Shown here: piece by piece, positions 36,133-46,208 of the stretch
How the letters are laid out: each line of letters opens with the position of its first letter
Position numbering within the stretch: position 1 is the first letter of the stretch
Source: an uncultured Thermoleophilia bacterium
GTDB lineage: Bacteria; Actinomycetota; Thermoleophilia; UBA2241
Length of the DNA: 64,000 nucleotides
Direction of reading: 5' to 3'
Assembly: GCA_963715985.1 (NCBI GenBank)
Contig: CAVQSP010000017.1
Coordinates: 1 to 64,000, forward strand
Program-made: the position numbers and the translations under genes
Notes under the pieces: model-generated
Databases searched by the model: none
Told to the model about the DNA's origin: nothing
What the model saw: only the letters and a program-made list of their open reading frames with translations

Positions 36133-36570
36133 ATGACCAGGATCGAGAGGACCATCGAGATCGAGGCTCCGGTAGAGGAGGTCTTTGATTTCGTCGCTGA
36201 CTGGCGCAACAAATCGAACTGGTACGTAGGAGTGCTCGATTGGAGACCCACGACCGAGCAAACAAGGGGAGTGGGTGCACGGTTTGTCTTCAAGACGAAG
36301 TTCATGGGCATGCACCCCGAGACAGAAATGGAGACCCGCGCCTTCGTCGACAACCAGAACATCGAATACGTGTCGATCAGGGGCACCGACTTGAAGCGCC
36401 AGGTGCTGTTCGTGTCCCTGGACAACCGCACAGAGGTCACGGACATCTCCGAGTACAGGCTCCCGATGTCTCTCCTGGGTGACTTGATAGATGCGCTGTC
36501 GTTCCGGCGCCGGCAGGAGCGGCGCGCCGAGGAGTCCCTGCAGAAACTGAAGAGGCTGACGGAACACTAG
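36133..36570 (+). CDS. SRPBCC/polyketide cyclase-like family protein
   Basis: MTRIERTIEIEAPVEEVFDFVADW...GVGARF; visibly lower GC than its neighbours. Confidence 0.8.
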   Translation: MTRIERTIEIEAPVEEVFDFVADWRNKSNWYVGVLDWRPTTEQTRGVGARFVFKTKFMGMHPETEMETRAFVDNQNIEYVSIRGTDLKRQVLFVSLDNRTEVTDISEYRLPMSLLGDLIDALSFRRRQERRAEESLQKLKRLTEH

Positions 36571-37125
36571 ACTGCTCTTTCGCCCCGCGGTCGCGATACT
36601 CGACGGTTCCGTGTCTCATCGAAAGGGGCCGACGCATCCTTTCGGGCGGCGGCCTGCAGCGTCACCGAGGCGGGCGTCGCCGCCCCGCCCGCCGGTTCTC
36701 TCTGAGCTCCGCGTCGATCCTCGCCGCGGCGACCGAAGCGACGAAGGCGACCGATCCCGCCGACCCCTCCGTTCGTGTGAAGGGACACGGGCGGAAAACC
36801 ACGTGTCGCGGCACCCGGACCGTGTCCCGGGCCTCCCGCATTGGGTCTCGGGCACAGGCGTGACCCCCAAGACAGAATCGACAGACCCGACGATCCGATC
36901 CGATCTGTGGCCTCCCGGCGATGCTGTCACCGACTCGCCAGAGCCGCCGTCAGCTCGTGTCGACCTTCTGCGCGGCTTCCCATGTCTCCGCGCCGCGCCG
37001 CACGCAGCCAGCAGGCGCCCGTTGCGCCGGCCGCTCGTCGGCGTCCAACGGCCACGGCGAAGAAACGCCCCCCTCGCTCAGTCTGTAGTGGCGGAGAGGT
37101 ATCTCCAACGACACGGGGAGGGGAC

Positions 37126-37989
37126 ATGGATGCCACGCAGTCCACCGAGCGGCGTTCCGCCGCAGGCACCTGGACGATCGCGCTCGTCGTCCTGCTTCTG
37201 CTGTGCGCGAGCGCGCTCGTGACCGCCTGCGGCGGCTCCGGCGGACAGGCAATGGGTTCGGCGCCTCCGGCAGCTTCGCCGAGCACGGCCCAGTGGGACT
37301 ACGTCGTGCTGGGGGACTCCGCCTTCGCCGCGCCGGACGGCTCGACGACGGTGGCGCACGCCCAAGCGCGGCTGATCAAGCGCGACCTCGGCGTGGACAC
37401 GAAGGTCTACTGGGCCTACTACCCGGGCACGACCAGCGCGCGCATTGCTGACGAGCTGCGCTACGACAAGCGGCTGCGCGAGGCGATCCGCACGGCCGAG
37501 GTGGTGCTCTTCGACGTGCCCGTCGGCGAGCTGAAGCAGACCGTCCCCTTCGACATGACGGCGTACCAGCCCCTCCCCGGAAGCCCGGAGAGGTACCGCA
37601 AGGGCATGGCGCGGATGCTGGTGGACTACCGCAGGGACGCAAGGGCGATCGTCAACGCGATCGTCTCCCTGCGCAGCCCCGACGAGGCGAGCATCCGGGC
37701 GATCGACCTCTGGCAGCTGGGCTACCCGGGGTTTCGCAAGATGGGCCTTGGCGCCGTCATGCGCACGGCCTGGCTCCGCATGAACAGGGCCGTCGACGAG
37801 GCGTGCGCGGCGCAGGGCGTGACGGTGGTCGACGCCTATGCGGCGTTCATGGGGCCTGACGGCAGGACGGACCCGGTCGCCGCCGGCAACATCCTGCCCG
37901 ACCAGATGCACCTGACGGACAAGGGCATGGCCACGCTCGCGGAGCTGCTCAACGAAGCAGGCTACGCGGAGATCGCCCCGACGCCGTAG
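37126..37989 (+). CDS. SGNH/GDSL hydrolase lipoprotein
   Basis: Lipobox VTAC; YVVLGDS block I; PDQMHLTDKG (DxxH). Confidence 0.8.
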   Translation: MDATQSTERRSAAGTWTIALVVLLLLCASALVTACGGSGGQAMGSAPPAASPSTAQWDYVVLGDSAFAAPDGSTTVAHAQARLIKRDLGVDTKVYWAYYPGTTSARIADELRYDKRLREAIRTAEVVLFDVPVGELKQTVPFDMTAYQPLPGSPERYRKGMARMLVDYRRDARAIVNAIVSLRSPDEASIRAIDLWQLGYPGFRKMGLGAVMRTAWLRMNRAVDEACAAQGVTVVDAYAAFMGPDGRTDPVAAGNILPDQMHLTDKGMATLAELLNEAGYAEIAPTP

Positions 37990-38031
37990 GCCAAGGGACG
38001 CCTCCTGGAAGGCCTGCCATACCTCAAACCG

Positions 38032-38073
38032 GCACGGCGGATGTCGGCGGTTCGAACCCCATGCGGTCCACCA
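38032..38073 (+). repeat. tRNA-Ala 3' half, diverged (copy D), followed by sequence homologous to that after copy C
   Basis: GCACGGCGGATGTCGGCGGTTCGAACCCCATGCGGTCCACCA then CTGATTCTCA...AAGCCCCC...CCATTCTGCAACCCAGA. Confidence 0.8.
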
Positions 38074-38299
38074 CTGATTCTCAGGGTGATCGTCACCTGC
38101 AAGCCCCCGCGAGACCCCCGAGCCGGCCGTCTGCAGCCATTCTGCAACCCAGATCCGTGCGCCTGGGTGGGAGTAGCTGGCGCTCGCTGCGGCCAAACGG
38201 GACTACTCTGGCGCCCGCGGGGAACCCCATTCGAAGTACGCGACTCCTCAGGTGGTCGTCCATCCCAGGGGTCACGGGCCACGGAGCTGGGGGTGGGTC

Positions 38300-38941
38300 A
38301 TGGCGAGCCTCACGAAGGCCAGCCGAGAGGTCGCAGCTGTCGTCGCCCTGGCACTGAGCCTGGTGCTCTCTGGCCGCCTGCGGTGACTCGGGCAGCCCGA
38401 CCCCGACCCGCCCCTCGACCTTGCCGACGCGGAGCACCCCCGTCCCGGCCTATTCGTTCGACCCTGGGTCCGGCACCACCGCGGGCCTTCAGTAAGAGCA
38501 CGGACGGCCTGGAGTTCGTGCCCTGGGTCGACATGGAGGTCAGTGCGCTTGGCTACTGCGACGCCGGTGGGGACGGGCTCCTGAACTCGCACACGGTCGG
38601 CATCTTCGACACCGACACCAAGGAGCTCGTCACGCCCACCGTCGTCGTCGACAGCGAGAGCGTTCTGGACGGCTCCTACCGCTACGAGCCCATCACGCCG
38701 GTGGTCTTGAAGGAGGGCAGGTCCTACATGGTGGCCGGCGACTCTGAGCCACCCTTCGACCCTGTGGCTTTCGACCCTGTGGCGGGGGGCGGGAGCCGCA
38801 ACTGGGCGCCCGAGATGCGGTTCGTCGGGCACAGCGAGAGCTATGGCGACTTCGAGTTCCCAGGGTACGCGGAACCGGTACTTGTGGATGGCCCCCAACT
38901 TCAAGTTCATGCCGGTCCCGGCCGCCTCGCCCGCGCAGTAG
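38300..38941 (+). CDS. Exported DUF4082-like protein, frameshifted
   Basis: Signal-like N-terminus; GLEFVP...VSALGY.D.GGDGLLNSHTVGIFD...YRYEPITPVVLKEGRSY...GPNFKF. Confidence 0.6.
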
Positions 38942-38989
38942 GCAGTCGCTGGCCGACCGGCGCATCCGCGCTCTTGTCCCGACGGTGCC

Positions 38990-39030
38990 GCACGGCGGAG
39001 GTCAGGGGTTCTACCACCTGCGGTCCACCA
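38990..39030 (+). repeat. tRNA-Ala 3' half, diverged (copy E)
   Basis: GCACGGCGGAGGTCAGGGGTTCTACCACCTGCGGTCCACCA. Confidence 0.85.
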
Positions 39031-39336
39031 GCACTTGCAGGTACATCGCGTCCTGTGGGCCTGCCGGGAGGCCCCCGCAACGGCCCTTTGCGACCATCCT
39101 GCATCCCAACGCCGGTCGGGAAGGCGCCTTCGTCTCGGCGATGTCCTATCCGTCGGCGTGCCCGGAGATCGGCAGAGTGATGGTAAGAACGTCATCGCGA
39201 TGGTGCGTTGCTCAGGCCACGCCGGCCTCTCCAGCCGATGCCACTTCGACGGCCGTCCCGTTGCCATTCCAACCGCGCATTCACTTCCTCCTGTAGGGTA
39301 GCTGGGTAGCGGGCTCCGAGTGAGATCGGACTGCGT

Positions 39337-40200
39337 ATGAGCACTCATGGCTTCGGCAGTGCCATCATCCACGTGGACCACCTCTCCAAGCACTACGGCG
39401 ACGTGCGTGCGGTCGACGATGTCAGCTTCGACGTGGCCGAGGGCGAGATCCTGGGACTCCTCGGCCACAACGGCGCCGGCAAGACGACGACCATCCGCAT
39501 GTTGACCGGGCGCGTCCGGCCGACAAGCGGCCACGCACGCATCGCCGGCCACGACATCATGCGCGAGCGTGAGCACGTGAAGCCGCTCATCAATCTGGTG
39601 TTCGAAGAGCAGAATCTCTACGAGCGTCAAACGGGCCGCGAGAACCTGGAGCTGTTCGCCAAGCTCTACGGCGCGCCGTCGGCTCGCGTCCCGGAGCTTC
39701 TCGAGCGCGTCGGCCTGACGGACGCCGCATCCCGCAAGGTCAGGACCTACTCCAGCGGCATGAAGCAGCGGCTGCTCATCGTCCGCGCGTTGGTGAACGA
39801 TCCTCGCGTCTTGTTTCTCGACGAACCGACCAAGGGCCTGGACCCGTCATCGGCCCGTGACGTGCGTGGCATCATCCGCGACCACGCGCGCGCCGGTGCC
39901 ACCATCTTCCTCACCACGCACTACATGGAAGAGGCGGACGAGCTGTGCGACCGCGTCGCCTTCCTGGCAGCGGGCGTGATCGTGGCGCTGGACACGCCGC
40001 GTGAGCTCAAGCTCCGTTATGGCGAGCGCACCGCCACCGTCCTTCTGCGCGACCGGTCGGAGCACGAGATCCGTCTTGACGACGGCGGGGACGCAGCCCG
40101 TCTCGAGGCGTGGATGGCCGCCGGTGAGGTGCTCACCGTGCACTCCAACGAGGGCACCCTCGAGGATGTCTTCGTGAATCTGGCCGGGAGGCCCCTGTGA
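39337..40200 (+). CDS. ABC-2 type exporter ATP-binding protein
   Basis: GHNGAGKT, YSSGMKQR, LDEPTKGLD, TTHYMEEA. Confidence 0.95.
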   Translation: MSTHGFGSAIIHVDHLSKHYGDVRAVDDVSFDVAEGEILGLLGHNGAGKTTTIRMLTGRVRPTSGHARIAGHDIMREREHVKPLINLVFEEQNLYERQTGRENLELFAKLYGAPSARVPELLERVGLTDAASRKVRTYSSGMKQRLLIVRALVNDPRVLFLDEPTKGLDPSSARDVRGIIRDHARAGATIFLTTHYMEEADELCDRVAFLAAGVIVALDTPRELKLRYGERTATVLLRDRSEHEIRLDDGGDAARLEAWMAAGEVLTVHSNEGTLEDVFVNLAGRPL

Positions 40201-41288
40201 ACGTCGCGCGCGTCAACGCCATCTACCGCAAGGATCTGCGCGATGCGCTGCGTGACTCGCGCCTCATCATGGCCATCGTCATGCCGTTGCTCATCGGCCT
40301 CCTCTACAGCTTCATGTTCAAGGACGACACGAGGCCGGCGGCCAAGCTCGGCGTCGTCGCGTCGACGTCGACGCGGTTGCCCGTCGCTCTTCAGGCGGCG
40401 ACGAAGGCGGCCCTCCAGTTGAAGGTCCAGTCCTTTGGCGATGCAGCGGCACTGACCCAGCAGGTACGAGACGAGAACGTGGACGTCGGGCTGATCATCC
40501 CGGACGGCTTCGACGCGGCGCTGACGAGCGGCGCGTCGCCGAAGCTCACCGTGATCCTGCCGGCCTCGCCGAGCTTCGGCGGTGACTACGTGGCGGCGGT
40601 CCTCGACCGGGTGACGCAGGCGCTCGCGGGGCAGGTGCCGGCGGCGACCATCGCGCGGGTAGTGCTCCCCGCCAGGGCCGGGACCTCTGCATCAGCATTC
40701 GAGACGCTCGGCGCGCGGAAGGGCTTCGTGCTCGTCGCCGTCATCCTCATGCTCGCCATGATCGCCGTCTACGCGCTGCCCGCCGTGCTCACCGAGGAGA
40801 CCGAGAAACGCACCGTGGAGGCGCTCACTCTCATCGCTTCCGACGCCGAAGTGATCATCGCCAAGTCGCTGTTCGGCCTCACGTACTGCCTGATCTCCGT
40901 GCCGCTGATGCTCGTGATCACCCGCGTGGTCCCCGAGAACGTCCTGCTCTTCGTCGTGGACGTCGTGCTGACGTCGGTGGCCCTGGTCGGCCTTGGTCTG
41001 CTGCTGGGTGGGCTCATGCGGACGCAGACGCAGCTCAACACCTGGAGCAGCGTCGCCTTGATCCCCCTGATCGTCCCGGCCATCATCGTCGGGCTGCCCG
41101 TGCCCGGCTGGGTCGAGGCCATCGTGTCCGTGCTGCCCACGGCGCAGACGATGCGGCTTGGGGTGAACGCGCTGGCGGGCCGCCAGCTGTTTGGCGCGGA
41201 GTGGCTCTCGATCGCGATCATCGTCGGCTGGGCGGTCGCCGCCTACGGCCTCGTCTGGTGGCGGCTGTCGCGCCAGGAGGCGGCCTGA
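40197..41288 (+). CDS. ABC-2 type exporter permease
   Basis: TM, extracellular loop, EETEKRTVEAL, further TMs. Confidence 0.85.
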   Translation: MNVARVNAIYRKDLRDALRDSRLIMAIVMPLLIGLLYSFMFKDDTRPAAKLGVVASTSTRLPVALQAATKAALQLKVQSFGDAAALTQQVRDENVDVGLIIPDGFDAALTSGASPKLTVILPASPSFGGDYVAAVLDRVTQALAGQVPAATIARVVLPARAGTSASAFETLGARKGFVLVAVILMLAMIAVYALPAVLTEETEKRTVEALTLIASDAEVIIAKSLFGLTYCLISVPLMLVITRVVPENVLLFVVDVVLTSVALVGLGLLLGGLMRTQTQLNTWSSVALIPLIVPAIIVGLPVPGWVEAIVSVLPTAQTMRLGVNALAGRQLFGAEWLSIAIIVGWAVAAYGLVWWRLSRQEAA

Positions 41289-41424
41289 CGGCCTTGCCTC
41301 GGCGATCGTGTGACTGGCACGCCAGGGCCGATGCGCGGCTCGCAGCAGGCGGTCCTCAGCATGAACGTTGGAATCGAGCATCAGCTTGGGAACACTCCAT
41401 GCGTCCAGCGCGAAGGAACGGACA

Positions 41425-42234
41425 GTGAGAGAGCTACGACTCGGCGGCCTGCGGATCGCCTACACGCAGGCGGGTGACGGCCCGCCACTCGTCCTGCTGC
41501 ATGGCGGCATGGAGGACAGCCGCACGTGGCGCCGGCAGGTGGACGGTCTCGCGGACGAGTTCACCGTGCTGGCCTGGGACGCGCCCGGCTGCGGCCGATC
41601 CTCGGATGTGCAGGAGAGCTGGCGTATGCCTGAGTATGCGGACGCGCTGGCCTCGTGGCTCCGCGCCACGGGGATCGAACGCCCACACGTCCTCGGCCTC
41701 TCCTGGGGAAGCTCCCTGGCGCTCGAGCTGTACCGGCGGCATCCGCACGTGCCTGCGTCGCTCATCCTGGCCTCGGCCTATGCAGGATGGGCGGGCTCCC
41801 TCTCTGCGGAAGAGACCGCGGGACGCCTCGAGGGCATCCTCGCCGTGGCCGACCTGCCACTCGAGGAGGTGCTCGAGGCAGTCCCCGGGGTGCTCAGCGC
41901 CGGTGCCCCATCGGGCCTGCTTGAAGAGCTGACGGCCATGTGGGCGGACAACACGGGCAGCAGGAAGCCCGGCGGATTCCGGGCCATGGCGCACGCGATG
42001 GCGGAGGCGGACCTCCGCGACGTCCTTCCCCGGATCGAGGTCCCGGTGCTCCTGCTGTACGGAGAGCTCGATCAGCGATCGCCGCTGAAGGTCGCCCACG
42101 AACTCAACGAGCGGATCCCCGCGTCGAAACTCGTCATCATCAGGGGCGTCGGTCACGCGGCGAACGTGGAGGCACCGGAGGAGTTCAACGCACACGTGCG
42201 GACGTTCATCCGGTCGGTCATTCGGAGCCCGTGA
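41425..42234 (+). CDS. Alpha/beta fold hydrolase
   Basis: LLHGG, WDAPGCGRS, GLSWGS, GELDQR, GVGHAANVE. Confidence 0.9.
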   Translation: MRELRLGGLRIAYTQAGDGPPLVLLHGGMEDSRTWRRQVDGLADEFTVLAWDAPGCGRSSDVQESWRMPEYADALASWLRATGIERPHVLGLSWGSSLALELYRRHPHVPASLILASAYAGWAGSLSAEETAGRLEGILAVADLPLEEVLEAVPGVLSAGAPSGLLEELTAMWADNTGSRKPGGFRAMAHAMAEADLRDVLPRIEVPVLLLYGELDQRSPLKVAHELNERIPASKLVIIRGVGHAANVEAPEEFNAHVRTFIRSVIRSP

Positions 42235-42638
42235 TCCCTGGGCTGCAGTCCATATGGTGTCGGCTCTGCCGCCGGCATCTGCGCCGACGCACAAGCTGGG
42301 CTACCGGATCGAGGGACGGGAAGCAGCGAGGCGAGGAGGGTCAGGAGCTCGCTGCGGCACGGGCAGCAGGCGCCACAGGCAGGCGACTGGCCTGGTCCAC
42401 GGACCACGCCGCACCGACAAACAGCCGCCGCCGTGTGTTCGAGGCGTCGGTGGGTTGGTCGCCCGAGCCGGACCGGCGATCAGGTGTGGTCCGTCAGCGG
42501 CCGCCGACGTTGCCGACGGCCGAGGCCGAGGGCGCTGGATGACTTCCAGACGCCCTCGGCCTCGGCGGCTTCTCGGTGGTCGCGACTCTCAGGCCGCGGA
42601 CACGACGCATGTCCGCGCGGCCCGCGGCCCGACGCTTG

Positions 42639-43373
42639 TCACGCCGCCGGTCGCAGCTCGCTCTTGGGAGCGGTCGTGGAGGCGGGCTCGACGGACTTGA
42701 CGGGCTCGAAGCCGAGCTGCCGCAGACCAGCCGCCCGGAACCCCTTGACGACGAGGTAGACGCCCAGCGAGAACTCCCACACAGCGATCGGGAGTGCGCC
42801 GAGCCCCGACAACCCGGAGCCATACTCGTTGTAGCCGAACAACGTGGCCATGGTTGACGCGATGAGCAGCGGCGCGCCGATGAAGCCCAGCACGGGAAGG
42901 ATGCGCGGGACGAGGCGCGACTGGTAGAGCAGGGAACCGAGCAGCAGCGCGTTCACGGCCGGGATGAGACTCTGTGAGAGGGTGAACGTCCAGTCATGCA
43001 GGCCGACCAGCGTCTGGCCGGTGGCCAGCGCACTCGCCCCGGCTCCGGCCTGCCGCAGGGTCACGACCGCGAGGAGGACGAAGACGCCGGCGAAGATGGC
43101 GCCGGCCTCCAGGGTGCGGGTGGCGACGAAGCCCAGCGCGACCCCTTCGTTCTGCCGTTTGACCACCGGGAAGAGCGCGACGGCGGTGCCGATGCCGGCG
43201 AGCGCCACGATGATCTCCAGGACGCTGCCGACGTACACGCTGGTGTCCGGCCCGGAGCCGACGATGTAGTTCGCCCCACGCACGGCGTTGTAGAGAAACA
43301 GGGTCGGGATCGAGACGAAGGTGAGCAGGTAGAGCAAGCCCGCGGTCAGCGAGATCTTTCTGGTCGAAGTCAT
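42639..43373 (-). CDS. DUF4386 family membrane protein
   Basis: AGLLYLLTFVSIP, IGTAVALFPVVKRQNEGVALGFVATRTLEA, LYQSRLVPR, PIAVWEFSLGVYLVVKGF. Confidence 0.85.
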   Translation of the reverse strand: MTSTRKISLTAGLLYLLTFVSIPTLFLYNAVRGANYIVGSGPDTSVYVGSVLEIIVALAGIGTAVALFPVVKRQNEGVALGFVATRTLEAGAIFAGVFVLLAVVTLRQAGAGASALATGQTLVGLHDWTFTLSQSLIPAVNALLLGSLLYQSRLVPRILPVLGFIGAPLLIASTMATLFGYNEYGSGLSGLGALPIAVWEFSLGVYLVVKGFRAAGLRQLGFEPVKSVEPASTTAPKSELRPAA

Positions 43374-43453
43374 CTTGATCAACTCCCACGATCGGCTCTT
43401 GATCGAGCCGACGATTGCGATAATCGAACATACTGTGATATTAGGACATATAG

Positions 43454-43469
43454 TGGAGGAAAACCCCCA
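43454..43469. promoter_or_regulatory. Imperfect inverted repeat in the AT-rich promoter of the DUF4386 gene
   Basis: TGGAGG-AAAA-CCCCCA. Confidence 0.3.
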
Positions 43470-43689
43470 AAGTACTCGGGGATAGTTCAGCGTGCCCCGT
43501 GTGACACACGCCGAACCCAACGGGCGGTATGTGGGGATGGCCCGCCGCATTCCTTGACAGCCGCTGGCCTCGAGTCCCCGCAACAGGATCGCACGCGCTC
43601 GGGGACGGCAAGGAGAGGCGATACCCTGTTCCAAGTACGACTCTCGTCCGTCGGCGCCGCCCGACCCGAGCCTCACGCAACCGGCCCGG

Positions 43690-43925
43690 TGGTGGATCTG
43701 CGCGACGAGCTCGACGGCCACACCGTGAGCTCCACATCGCCCCTCGAGGACATCGACGCGACGCCCTTCATGAAGGGGCTTCCGGACGATCGCTGCCGGT
43801 GCCCGCCTTGGGGCTGCGTCTTCATGGGCAAGATGACTGCTCGGCACGCCGACCGCGAGGAGGTCTACGAGGCCGGCGACGAGTTCTTGTGGTTCAGCCC
43901 CAGCGAAGAGCTGCGCGCGGCCGAG
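43690..43925 (+). pseudogene. Cupin-like protein relic with internal deletion
   Basis: ELDGHTVS...DIDATPFMKGLPDDRCRCPPWGCVFMGKMTARHADREEVYEAGD fused directly to EFLWFSPSEEL; no proper start. Confidence 0.55.
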
Positions 43926-44023
43926 GGCCCGAGCCTTCACGCCTCGCTCTCATGCAGCGGACCTGCGCCTGCCGCCGGTGGCCGTTGCGTCCCTGTCGTC
44001 TTCCGCGTCAGCGTGACGCGGTC

Positions 44024-44066
44024 CTCACCCCGGAGGTCAGTGGTTCGGATCCACGTACGCCCACCA
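44024..44066 (+). repeat. Degenerate tRNA 3' half, probably tRNA-Val derived (copy F)
   Basis: CCTCACCCCGGAGGTCAGTGGTTCGGATCCACGTACGCCCACCA: GGTTCG T arm, CGCCC-A-CCA end, CAC-like anticodon. Confidence 0.55.
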
Positions 44067-44165
44067 GCACGGCCGGCCCGCCGGCCGAGCATGGCGCACG
44101 TTTCCCGGGCTCTCGTCGGTGGAACGTGACGTGTGACGGCACCAGCGCGAAGACGGAGGGCTCTG

Positions 44166-45395
44166 GTGGAGTACTACCAAGTGGCGGTCGTGGGCGCCGG
44201 GCAGGCGGGCTTGGCCGTGAGCCACGAGCTCACCCTCGCGGGCGTCCATCACGTCGTGCTCGAGCGAGGGCGCATCGGCGATACCTGGCGCCACCGCTGG
44301 GACAGCTTCTGTCTCGTGACGCCCAACTGGAGCGTTCAGCTCCCCGGCTTCCCTTACGACGGGGACGACCCCGATGGGTTCATGGTGCGCGACGACATCG
44401 TCGCGTACCTGGAACGCTACGCGCGCGACTTCGGCGCTCCGGTGCGTGAGGGCGTCGAGGTCGACTCGGTGAGGCGCCGGGCGGGGGGTGGCTTCATCCT
44501 GCACACGAGCTCCGGGTCTCTGAGCGTCGCCACGCTCGTGCTCGCGACCGGTGCCTATCAGCGGCCGCACCGTATCGCCGGGGCGGAGTCGCTGCCGCCC
44601 GGCCTGCTGCAGCTGGACGCCGCGGGCTACAGCGATCCCGGCGCCCTGCCGGCCGGCGACGTCCTGGTGGTCGGCAGCGGCCAGACGGGCGCGCAGCTCG
44701 CGGAGGAGCTGCACGCGGCGGGACGCCGCGTGTACCTCTCGTGTGGTCGTGCGCCGTGGGCCGCACGGCGACTGGCGGGTCGAGACATCGTCTGGTGGCT
44801 GGTGGAGTCCGGCTTCATGGATCAGTCGCCGGCGGCGCTGCCGTCGCCGGCCGCGCGGCTCATCTCGAACCCGCTCGCGACCGGCCATGACGGTGGCCAT
44901 GACCTCGACCTGCGCACGCTGCGCGCGATGGGCGTGACGCTGACCGGGCGCTTCCTGGGAGCGAACGGACGTGAGGCACGGTTCGCGCCCGACCTGCCCG
45001 AGAGCGTCGCCTGGGGGGACGCGCGCCATCGCGAGCTGATGGACCTCTTCCGCAGGACCGCGGCGGAGCGCGGCGTCGAGCCGCCGCCGGTCGCTGACCC
45101 CGAGCCGTTCGATCCCTCAGCGCCGGAGCGCGTCGACCTGTCCGGCTTCGGCGCCGTCATCTTCACGGGCGGCTTTCGCCCGGACTACCGCTCCTGGCTG
45201 CCCTGGCCGGACGCGTTCGACGATCTCGGCTTTCCCCTCCAGCGTGACGGCGAGAGCACGACGATCCCCGGGCTCTTCTTCCTCGGCGTCCACTTCCTGC
45301 GCAAACGCAAGTCCGCGCTGCTCCTGGGCGTCGGCGAGGATGCCTCGGTCGTCGCCGGGCGCATCGCACTGCGCGGCGAGCCAAGCTCGAGCTGA
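44166..45395 (+). CDS. Flavin-dependent oxidoreductase (FMO/CzcO-like)
   Basis: VVGAGQAGLA, WRHRWDSFCLVTPNW, VLATGAY, VVGSGQTGAQLAEEL, TGGFRPD. Confidence 0.85.
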   Translation: MEYYQVAVVGAGQAGLAVSHELTLAGVHHVVLERGRIGDTWRHRWDSFCLVTPNWSVQLPGFPYDGDDPDGFMVRDDIVAYLERYARDFGAPVREGVEVDSVRRRAGGGFILHTSSGSLSVATLVLATGAYQRPHRIAGAESLPPGLLQLDAAGYSDPGALPAGDVLVVGSGQTGAQLAEELHAAGRRVYLSCGRAPWAARRLAGRDIVWWLVESGFMDQSPAALPSPAARLISNPLATGHDGGHDLDLRTLRAMGVTLTGRFLGANGREARFAPDLPESVAWGDARHRELMDLFRRTAAERGVEPPPVADPEPFDPSAPERVDLSGFGAVIFTGGFRPDYRSWLPWPDAFDDLGFPLQRDGESTTIPGLFFLGVHFLRKRKSALLLGVGEDASVVAGRIALRGEPSSS

Positions 45396-45692
45396 CGGGC
45401 GCGCGAGGATCTCTGCGTCGCCGACGAGCGGCCTGCGCTCATCGAGGATGACGGATCCGAGCTCACCTTCGTGGAGACTGCCCCGCGGGCAGACGCCCCT
45501 CCGACGGGCTACTCCGTGCGGTGGCCGTAGCCGGTACCTGGTGCCGCGGCCCCGCCTTCTACCCTCGCCCTCCTCGCCAAGCCCCGCGCCATCGCGATAT
45601 GGTGCCCTCATGCCCGCCGACCTGATACCAGTCGAGGTCCGCGGCCTGACTGTGGTACGCCGGCTGTACGGCGACGGACGCCGGCGTCGGAG

Positions 45693-46208
45693 ATGAGTCG
45701 GCGCTTCTCACGAACCTCGTCTCGCCGCGCGCTGCGATGGCCCGCCGGGCGGGCGGCGGCCACGAGGCTGCTCGTTGCGATGCTGGCGCCGGTCTTGCTT
45801 GTCTCGCTGGCAGGTTGCGGCGGCGCGACGCCGGGCGACGAGGCCGCGAGCGGCGGTGAGGTGGCGCCGGGTGAAGGTGACGCGAAGCTGGCCACGGCCT
45901 TCAGAGACCGCCTCAACGACCTGCAGGTGCGGGGCCGCGGCACCGTGGTGAGAGTGCTCGACGACGACACCGATGGCGACCGCCACCAGCGCTTCATCCT
46001 CCGTCTGGAGTCCGGTCAGACCCTGCTCGTGGCGCACAACATCGACGTGGCGCCGCGCGTCGACGGCCTGTATCTGGGCGACAGCGTCTCCTTCTGCGGG
46101 GTCTACGAGTGGAGCGCCGAGGGAGGCACCGTCCACTGGACCCATCACGACCCCGACGGCATGCACGCGCCCGGGTGGCTCTTCCACGGCGGGGAGACCT
46201 ACCAGTAG
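45693..46208 (+). CDS. DUF3465 domain lipoprotein
   Basis: Lipobox LAGC; DGDRHQRFILRL, AHNIDVAPRV, GVYEW, HWTHHDPDG.H..GWL. Confidence 0.85.
   Translation: MSRRFSRTSSRRALRWPAGRAAATRLLVAMLAPVLLVSLAGCGGATPGDEAASGGEVAPGEGDAKLATAFRDRLNDLQVRGRGTVVRVLDDDTDGDRHQRFILRLESGQTLLVAHNIDVAPRVDGLYLGDSVSFCGVYEWSAEGGTVHWTHHDPDGMHAPGWLFHGGETYQ

Noticed and set aside
36605-36690. c-di-GMP-I riboswitch-like GAAAGGGGCCGACGCA
   Set aside because: Only a partial match; the GCAAA elements and P1 pairing are missing and no gene starts directly downstream
38031-38991. Fragments showing three different Ala anticodons (TGC, GGC, CGC)
   Set aside because: Homology starts at GCAC, so the first base is flanking sequence and any base would spell an Ala anticodon
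43423-43440. SOS (LexA) box-like TCGAACATACTGTGAT
   Set aside because: Right half does not match the GTTCG consensus
45504-45514. ACGGGCTACTC as a fourth copy of the leader motif
   Set aside because: Too short, one base missing and no flanking similarity
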